64,000 nucleotides of DNA from Octopus vulgaris (taxonomy: Eukaryota). Within the stretch, counting starts at the first letter, position 1; the number at the start of each line of letters is the position of its first letter. This document shows positions 55,484 to 64,000 of the stretch, in pieces. The notes under the pieces were generated by a model, which worked only from the letters and a program-made list of their open reading frames with translations, ran no database searches and was not told where the DNA came from. The stretch is taken from NCBI GenBank assembly GCA_951406725.2, contig OX597826.1, positions 17,732,001 through 17,796,000 of the forward strand. The letters run 5' to 3'. The position numbers and the translations under genes are program-made.

Positions 55484-56685
55484 GTAAATTTCTGCTATGT
55501 TACAGCAGTGCTGAGTATTTATCAAAACCGAATCCAGTTTTGTATAATGAATGGTAATGCTGTAGTTTGATGGTAGAACACAGATGATATTATAATAGTA
55601 ATACGGTGTTATAATAATAGTATTATATAGCATGATAGTTTTTTTTGTCCACTATAACTTAGACTTGCATCAGATATGATGGTGGGTGTTCCACATAGTC
55701 TATACCAATCTCAGTTTCTTGAACTGATCAGCATAACTATTCTTCACGAGTTTTTGAGGATACCCTCAGGTCACCCTCCTGGGGCTCAGGTCTTAGATGA
55801 TGACATAGTTGCAGAGCAACTCTCAGTTTTACAGTGCTCAACAAATTGCAATCATTTTCTGGCAATCTGATACATCAAAGTCATAGATTAGTAGACTTTT
55901 TAGTGTATCAGGCAGGATGCCTTGCAGTATTTGTCATAGCTCTTTGCTTTCTGATGCCTGTGATAATACTGGTGCCAAGCAGTATCAGCCCATACTTGGA
56001 CAATATCAGTAACATAGAGAAGAGAGGCTTTATTTGTGGCCAACTGTTATTCTTTCATTAAAAATAAAAACAAACAAACTTATCTTGACCTACATTTTGA
56101 AGAGAATCTTTCCACATGCAGCTTTGTAGCTTTACATGAGAAACAATTATCTTGGGGGAAGTCGCTGTAAAGTTGCTCATGAGTCACTTTCTGAATTTAG
56201 ATGACCATCTGGAGAATCCAGGTCTAGTGGTCATTGAAGAATTTGGCCTTGGACTTAGTGATCATGAACACATCTTCCCAGAAATCCTAACAATACAATC
56301 ATCATCATCATCATCATTTACTGTTTGTTTTCCATGCTGGCATGGGTTGGATGGTTTGGCAGGAGCTGGCAAGGCTGGGAGCTGTACCAGATTCCATTGT
56401 CTGTTTTGGCATGGTTCCTACAGCTGGATGCCCTTCCTAATGCCAACCACTTTACAGAGTGTACTGGGTGCTTTTTACGTGACACCAGCACTGGTGATTT
56501 TTTCATAGCATAAATAACAGTGCTTTTTATATGGCAACATAAAAAACAGGGTCACCAAGTACCTTGCAAGACAAAAAATGAGGAAAAAGGTAAACACCTC
56601 TCAAATGAGAAGGAGGGAGTAGTATTGAGGTGGGGTGGATTTGTGCCAATTGAAAGTTTAAAAGTATAGAGGGACAGAAATAGGG

Positions 56686-57291
56686 ATCTTGTTGTACCTA
56701 CATTGATACCCCAGTTGGAAAGTAAGGGAGAATAAGTAAGAAAGCAATATAAGACAAGATGATGGTGAAGATGAGTCAAGAATGCTCTCAAGGTTCGTTG
56801 GGGGTGGTAAGAATAAGTGAGGTGATACAAAGGTTTGGAGTGGGTGAGTGGGCAGGATAGCCGTGACTCACAAATGACAGAGAAATTGAGGAGAGGTTTT
56901 GGGGCAGGGTTGCAATAGATATGTGAGGGCATTGAGGATAATAGCAGATAAGCAAGATGTTAACGATGAAGAACACAGTATAACAGAGAGAAGGCACAGA
57001 AAGGAAGTGAGACAGTAGGTGAGGGAAGATTTTGGGAAATGGAAGTGGGTTCGGGGTGGGAAGAAAGGCAACTGAGAGAGTTGGGGGATGTAGTATGTAC
57101 CTATTCTGCTCTCAGGTGATCGAGCAGTGATGAATGTTAGGGCATGAAATGTTAAGGAAAAGGCTGACAGGTCAGAGAGGGTCCCTTGAGAGCATTCCTG
57201 ACTCATCTTCACCATCATCTCTTCTTATATTGCTTTCTAACTTATTCTCCCTTACTATCCAACTGGGGTATCAATGTAGGTACAACAAGAT
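56686..57291. repeat. ~108-bp inverted repeat with ~390-bp spacer
   Basis: 56686-56793 is the near-exact reverse complement of 57184-57291. Confidence 0.9.
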
Positions 57292-57796
57292 GAGAATTTC
57301 CAAGGTGCTTTTAGGATATCAATTCTGCTGTGGGTGGTACCAGTTATCTCAGATTTTATCATGACCTTTTGTAAGACCCAGTGAGATCAGCTTTTAGCAC
57401 TTTGTCCCTTATCTTTCTGGGTCTCCCTCTTGCAAAATTCCCTCCACTTTCTGGGTCTCCCTCTTGCAAAATTCCCTCCACTTTAACTAATCAGTACTTC
57501 TTTATACAACTGTTTTCAACCATCACAGATCCAAATCAGTGCAGCCTCGTCTTTTGCACACTGCACTGATTTCTTCTCAATTTAACTCTTCTCTCAATAC
57601 ACCAGCACTCAGTGGTACATGTACACTGACATTGCACATCTAGTGGAGCGTACTAGCTTCATTCCTCTCTAGTCTTTGCATGTCCTCTACATTCAGGGTA
57701 CAACATAAATAAAAAGATGTCCGTAATGAAGAATCAAACTGAAGTTCCTCTCTCCGTGGTCTTACTTCATGTTCCCTCATTCTTTTATTTTTAAAG

Positions 57797-58094
57797 TTGA
57801 ATGATGCAGGTTTCATGCCTGCTTCTTACTATGATGCCTCATTGAATGGTAGTCAACCAAATTCTCCAACATTCAAGAAATCCGAAAGCCAAAAGACAAT
57901 GTCCAGCATCATTGACCTTCAGAGCTCCTCAAGATCACGAGAAGCAAGTGTGGCTGGCTCTGAGTATTCTTTTGATAGAATAATGCGTTATGAAGCAGAG
58001 AGTCCTGATGAACTAGCTCTTGTGAGAGCTGCCAAGAGCTATGGGTGTCAACTTCGAAAGAGATCCAAGGATTTTGTTAAGGTTTTTCTACCAG
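57797..58094 (+). CDS. ATP10: P4-ATPase exon (Ser-rich insert and YEAESPDE motif)
   Basis: ttaaag / gtaaga; LNDAGF...RYEAESPDELALVRAAKSYGCQLRKRSKDFVKVFLP(G). Confidence 0.95.
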
Positions 58095-60309
58095 GTAAGA
58101 TTGAAGTTTTTCTGAGTACATGTAGTTAGAATTAAGTCTTATTTATTAGTATTAATGCTAATTAGTCATAATTTATTATAGGAATTTACCACGTACTTAA
58201 GTTCACATCAATATGAGATAATCTCATATTAACAATGCAAGCTAATGAAACCTCTCATTAGTTATATAGTATCTCTACTATTTAAAAGGTTGAACTTTAC
58301 AGTTGGGTAGACTTTTATACTGGCTTACTGAGACTCAAGCATCTTTAAGGGAGACTCAGAACAACACAAGTGATGTTTCAATCTGTTGAACTTGAAGGGT
58401 TAGATTGATTTGCAAATTCAATCATTTGTCCTCAACCAGGAAAACAAATGCTGCTTTTTTTCATATCTATGCGAAATTACTACCACTGCCACCTCGACCA
58501 CTACAATTACACTGCAAGCACACTAGATCACTCCCATACTATATGTACACTAAATTACCTCCAGCGGCACACTACCTATTGTACATTCCCTTCACCAACT
58601 ACATTTTTTGGTCTTTTATCTGCAGCACAACTACATCAAATCTACATTACCATGTCTACCATCAAAACACACCCACACTGTGACCACCACGGCAGTATAC
58701 TTCAGCATTACTTCAAATACCACTCACTTGTCACTCCTCACCATGCTAATCTCTACCAACAGCCACAACATTTCCTAAGAACCACTACCACAATCCATTA
58801 ATGCCTACCACCACAGCCCACTAATAGATGTTTGCTTTCAATTAAATCTCCCTCCTTCCTCATCTCACCAATGATAACAAGTCTCTGGACACTTGTAAAC
58901 CTGACAGTATTACATGTTTTGTCTCATGTTAGGCTGGTGATGTAGTGGTGTGGTGGTGGTACAATGATGCAAAACATTGCTTAGTGAAGTCAGTGGTTAA
59001 GATAAGACTTTTATTCTATTTTATTTTCAAAAGCTGTGGAGGATTGACGATTACATGTCTATAGATTGGATAGAGATTCAAAATGGAATACTGAAAGTTG
59101 TATATTGTCAGGTGCTTTGTAGCTGAAAAGACTTTTCATTCAAGCAATATTGTTAACATGGAATATAAATGGTTTCAGCCTTTGGCATTTAGATTGCTCT
59201 GTCAAATGCAATTTCTTATATTATTTACATTGTTTTGAATTAATCATGCATTATCTTGTAACCTCAATATTTAAATGATATGGCTGTATATCTTTTGAAT
59301 GACATTGTAGGGAAGGTATGAGAGGCCTGATCCGGCTGGTTTGAACATAAAACAGGTAGAATATTTCAGCCAGATTATTGCCAGCTTAAATGCTAAGGGG
59401 CTAAAGTTTGATTTGTATTACACATGTCACAGGTTCTATTCTATCTGTTGCTTGATATCATCTGAAGTTTTCAACCTTCTTCATCTTTATCTGTGGCAAT
59501 TATGTTTTTGTTAGCCTTACAACTACTGCCACCAAAGTTACTCTCCTCACTATCACCACAATTACCATCATCATCATTATATATAGCTTAACATGACTAT
59601 GGATGATCAGGATGCTACAGTATAACTACAGTATTATCAGAACACTGTAATTTAAACATGACGTTAACCATTCTGTTTTATTTAGTAACCATATTTCCAG
59701 ATCTTCTTTGAAATTCATTTGCTTCCAGTTGCCTATCTGTACCTATCTCTTAGTTGTTCTGTACCACATGTTCTCACCTAAGTATTTTCTTTGAGCTATT
59801 GACTTGTAACTGTTCAAAAGGAACATTACTGATATTGATTTCATCTTCTATGGAAGGGCTGCAAAGGCCATGGACACAATTTCCTTTTGCCAGAGGAATT
59901 TCTTTTAAAAAAAACTGTTAGATTTAGGGAATCAAAGCTCTAGATTAGGGTGTTGATATTTATGGATATGTTATTATGTGTTTTGTGTGTGTGTGTATAC
60001 AAAGGAGAAAAAGAGATTAAAAATCCAGGCAAATACTTTCTTAGCACACCTTTGAGATCAAACTTGGCCAACTAAATTGTTGAGTGAAAGCCATTGTAAT
60101 CCATGTACACCATAGAGTTACTTTCCATTTGTCTATCTAGTTTGTAAATTTGAGATTCAGACACCAAATAAATTTTGTAATATGGTCACATGGTATTGTA
60201 GAAAAATTACAAAAGAACAGAGAATTATACATTCTTTAATCAGCTTATGCACATTTTGAATAGATTGTTATATTCCAAATTCTGCAACTCAGAAATCACA
60301 CATATTGAT

Positions 60310-60535
60310 TAATCCCATATTTGGTCAACTATGATTCTGGAGAAGGACATCATGCTCGGAATGGTCAGTGGCAAGAGAGGAAGAGGCTGACCAAGAACCC
60401 GCTGGCTTGACACCATCAAGAGTGATACCGGAATGGACATAGCCAATCTGAAAGAAGTGGCCCAGGATAGAACTGACTGGAGGACACTGATCCAACGAGT
60501 GACCGAGAGTCGACTTCGACTGAGTGGATAGAGAG
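60310..60535 (+). mobile_element. RTE/BovB-like LINE 3' end
   Basis: LEKDIMLGMVSGKRGRG*PRTRWLDTIKSDTGMDIANLKEVAQDRTDWRTLIQRVTESRLRLSG*. Confidence 0.85.
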
Positions 60536-61871
60536 ATTGGGAGATGATTCTACAGAGATAGAGAAATTTAACACCATCCATTTCTTAGCAAAGCTATACC
60601 ACACTGCTAAGAATGGAGAACATTTTAAAGGCGATAGATAATTACTAAAAGTAGCAATATTTGGCCAGTATTAAGGGTAGGTAACTTTTCAGCAGACCTA
60701 CTTGGGAATTGTATTTATCAGATCAAGATAAAATTCTAATATGATATTTAGTTTCTTTATTCCCACTCAGCAACTTGAAGAATATTTAGGGCAAAATTCC
60801 TTCCCCATTTAAAATATTACTGACCAGTTCAAATACTAAAATAATTTACAATTATTTTAATTTTCAAAATATGACTAAGGTAAATCAAGATGATGAAATA
60901 AAATGGAAAAAATAATTTAAAAAATAAATTATATGTATATAGGGAATAGTTTTTCTTTTAAAGATGTTCTATTCAGGACATGGTTGTGTTCAAGGTTAAT
61001 CTTCTTTATTAACAATTCATTGAGTGTCTTTATTAATCCTTTTTATTTATTCATTTTTTATACATTTGAAATAAAAACATTCCTAAACCCATTAGCATTT
61101 CAGAACATTCTTGCTACATATTCTGCATGTCATCTTCTTTATTTGATGTTCCCTTTTCCATGCTGGCATGGAAAAGGACTAAATGACCCAAGAGAGAAGG
61201 TGTGGTAGTTAAAAGGATAGAAGAAAGATAGAGAGAGAGAGAAAGAAACTACACTCTGTTTCAATATACCAACCTTACAATGGTCTCTAAACTTAGAAGT
61301 TTAGAGACATCTAACATAAGTTTCTAGACATACAATATTTGGTTTAAGGCTATTTTAGTTTAATGCAACTATGTGAGTGTGGATATGGAAAAGTTACTTG
61401 TCTCTTAGGCAAATAACTTTTCCATATCCACACTCACATAGGTATTCAAGTATTCTTCCCATTCACTATAAACTATTCTCAAACATTAGCCATTCTCATT
61501 TATTTTCTCCTCCCCCCTCACTCTGTATTCCTTCCACCACTCCCACAACAATTTTCGATTCTTTAAACTTCTTGACTGTGTGCTGCTTATCTGTTTAAAT
61601 AACTCAATAGTTCAAACTGAACAATAAACATATTTACCTCCCCCTCTCTATGTCACATGTTATCACAACCTGAGAAGGCTGTAGAAACTTCCTCCACTTC
61701 ATAGTCTAACTCATAGCAAAAATGTACATAAATGACCATAGGTACAACTGTATGGTTAACTAGTTCTCTTAGTAAAATACATGGTTTGAGTTTCTTTCTC
61801 AGTGTGTGGCACTTTTGGCAAGTCTTTTCTCTCATAGTTTGGGCATAGCAATTTGGTATATAGGAACTATA

Positions 61872-62086
61872 CAAGGGGTTCTGAAAAGTTCCTGGTTTAA
61901 AGTGTACCCTGAAAGCCTGGTTGGAAGCCCAACCTTCTTGAGTTCTTTTACAGGGCTTAGAAAAACTGAAGAATTGCTGCAATAAGTGTATGAATCTGAG
62001 AGGGGAATATGTTGAATAAAATCACAATTAACTGATCCTCCTGTATTTTCTTTTAGCTAAAGTCAGGAACTTTTCAACACCCCCTG
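61872..62086. mobile_element. Mariner-type MITE
   Basis: TA|caaggggttctgaaaagttcctggttta ... taaagtcaggaacttttcaacaccccctg|TA, imperfect TIRs with TA duplication. Confidence 0.8.
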
Positions 62087-62321
62087 TATGGAATTTTACC
62101 AGAGGGACTTTTTCTGTTGTTTAGACTTAAATATCATTCAGTTTAGCACCATCATCTCTGATCCTTAGGCATTTTTAGCATTGTACAGACTCATGCAAGC
62201 ACATATTGGCAACTCAACAAATCTTTAAAATTAATAACAATCTTTTATCAAATTAAAATCCTCACAACACCTAAAGCCTTTGCTAAATTCCGAAAAACTG
62301 CAATTCTTGTGTCCTGTTTAG

Positions 62322-62483
62322 GTCAGGGTGATGTCACATTGAAGATCCTACATGTTTTACCATTTGATTCCTGCCGCAAGAGAATGTCTGTGATAGTGGA
62401 ACATCCAATCAGTGGTGAGATTATCTTATACAGTAAGGGAGCTGATTGTTCAATCCTGGAGCGTTTAAATTCTACCTATTATG
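62322..62483 (+). CDS. ATP10: P4-ATPase exon (nucleotide-binding domain)
   Basis: gtttag / gttagt; (G)QGDVTLKILHVLPFDSCRKRMSVIVEHPISGEIILYSKGADCSILERLNSTYY (FDSxRKRMS and KGAD motifs); absent from the ORF track. Confidence 0.95.
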
Positions 62484-62953
62484 GTTAGTTCATTTTACTT
62501 TACTTCGTTATTATTTTGTTGTCTTCTGTGTTGGTGTTGTTGTTGTATCTGCGTGTGCATATTATGAACACAAGTCTCTATATTTAATTGCGACCATATG
62601 TTTATGCTAGTGCTGTCATTTATATGTTATTCCAAATACTTATAAATATTCACATTGCTAAATATTTATATCTAGAACATCTTCAGTTCTAATCTGCTTA
62701 TTGGTAATATCTGTTGGAAATTACATGGGTCCTATGCACAACAGGAATATCTGCAATCTTAAATGTACACAATGGCAATATTTATGGTACAGTTGAATGT
62801 TGGTACCCTTAAATATGTATTCAGAATATTTATTTCTTTAAACATGTTCATTCAGTGTTGTTCTAAATATATGTAAAACCCTTTGTGTCTTCATCACATG
62901 ATTTAAGCAATACACTGTAAGTTCCTAATGATTAACAAATATCATCATCTCAG

Positions 62954-63054
62954 CTACAGAGGATTCTGAAGCCGTGAAGATTCTACGGAACACTTCCGAC
63001 CACATCATCCAGTATGCTCTTCAGGGTCTGAGGACATTGTGTATGGCAAAACGG
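62954..63054 (+). CDS. ATP10: P4-ATPase exon (GLRTL motif); gene continues beyond window
   Basis: tctcag / gtaagt; (A)TEDSEAVKILRNTSDHIIQYALQGLRTLCMAKR. Confidence 0.93.
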
Positions 63055-64000
63055 GTAAGTTCTATCTTTTTCTTCAACATATTTTTCAGTCTTTTCTAAT
63101 CCATCCTGCACTGCTTGTATTTGGGAAATAAGTGAGCTAGCCATGCCTGGAATGTCTTTGATGAGAAGTCTGCTGAAGTGGTTAAAATACTTCTATCCTT
63201 CCTTGTACTATAATTGTTCTCATCAGATCAGTACTTTATACTGAGCTATACTGGTTAAAATATTCCTATCCCAGTACTGTATCATAACAGAATTGGTGAA
63301 AATGGCTCCTTCAAAGGACCGCATGATCATTAATACATTATTAAACTGTCAATTGTCTAGTTTTTTTAAGTGTTCCTTGCAACTGGTAAATTATATATTG
63401 CTCCATATTTTCCTCTTAAATGAAGAAGGGCAGTGTCCAAGACTCTTTACAAGAACTCTGAGATTGATGGGTGGAAGTTATCCTCAGGCAGAAGACCTGG
63501 TCAAATGCTGTCAACTGGGTGAACTCTGCTAAGGGCATTCAAGAGCAAGGTGTTGGTGTTTGATTGGGCTGTGAGATAAGTCTATCACCCAAGAATATGA
63601 ACATCTACCAAATTTCTCTCCAAAGCTTTTGTTGATCATTATCTATGCTAGAAGATACTTATCTGGAATGCTGCATATTGAGATAGAGCCCAAACCATGT
63701 GATTGCAGAGCAAACTTCTTAACAACACAGTACACCCATTTCTTTTACTCTGATTTCTTTTACAATGTTTAAACTTCATGATTTCCTGCTAAACAGTTGA
63801 CTTTATCATTATCTTGAAAACTGAACATTAATCCAACTAACTTCACCCAGATGTTTCTGTCCACTTTTTCTAGAACTTCCTTTGAAAGCAGTGGACACTG
63901 CCCCACTTCCTCCTCGGACAGCAATATCAATATTATTTCCATATGTATCCTTATTTTCCTCATGACTTATTCAGTGTCTGTCTTTATACAATGTTCCAGG

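Noticed and set aside
55620-56290. Possible decayed LINE fragment or extra exon (ORFs at 55676-56508)
   Set aside because: No clear motif, and the exons at 55307-55483 and 57797-58094 already join in phase.

Overview
AT-rich, repeat-dense eukaryotic (animal) genomic DNA. The SINE and microsatellite landscape looks like a coleoid cephalopod (Octopus-like); this is inferred from recalled repeat families, not from a search. The window lies within one large + strand gene for a P4-type ATPase (phospholipid flippase, ATP10/class V-like). I can assemble 11 consecutive GT-AG exons in consistent phase from 16309 to 63054, covering the actuator DGE motif, TM3/TM4, the DKTGTLT phosphorylation site and the N domain; the 5' and 3' ends lie outside the window. 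The introns hold tRNA-derived SINEs, RTE/CR1 LINE fragments, decayed Tc1/mariner, piggyBac and Helitron/Helentron-type elements, and Penelope-like element (PLE) fragments. The most striking signal is at least 8 hammerhead-ribozyme (HHR)-like motifs from several unrelated repeat families: a ~299-bp retrozyme-like direct repeat, a tRNA-headed SINE with an HHR-like tail, a PLE with ~298-bp inverted arms carrying a variant HHR, and others. Four lie on the sense strand of the flippase pre-mRNA. The flippase also has non-canonical catalytic motifs (DGEN for DGET, PLPL for PISL). All calls were made by eye; repeat boundaries are approximate.
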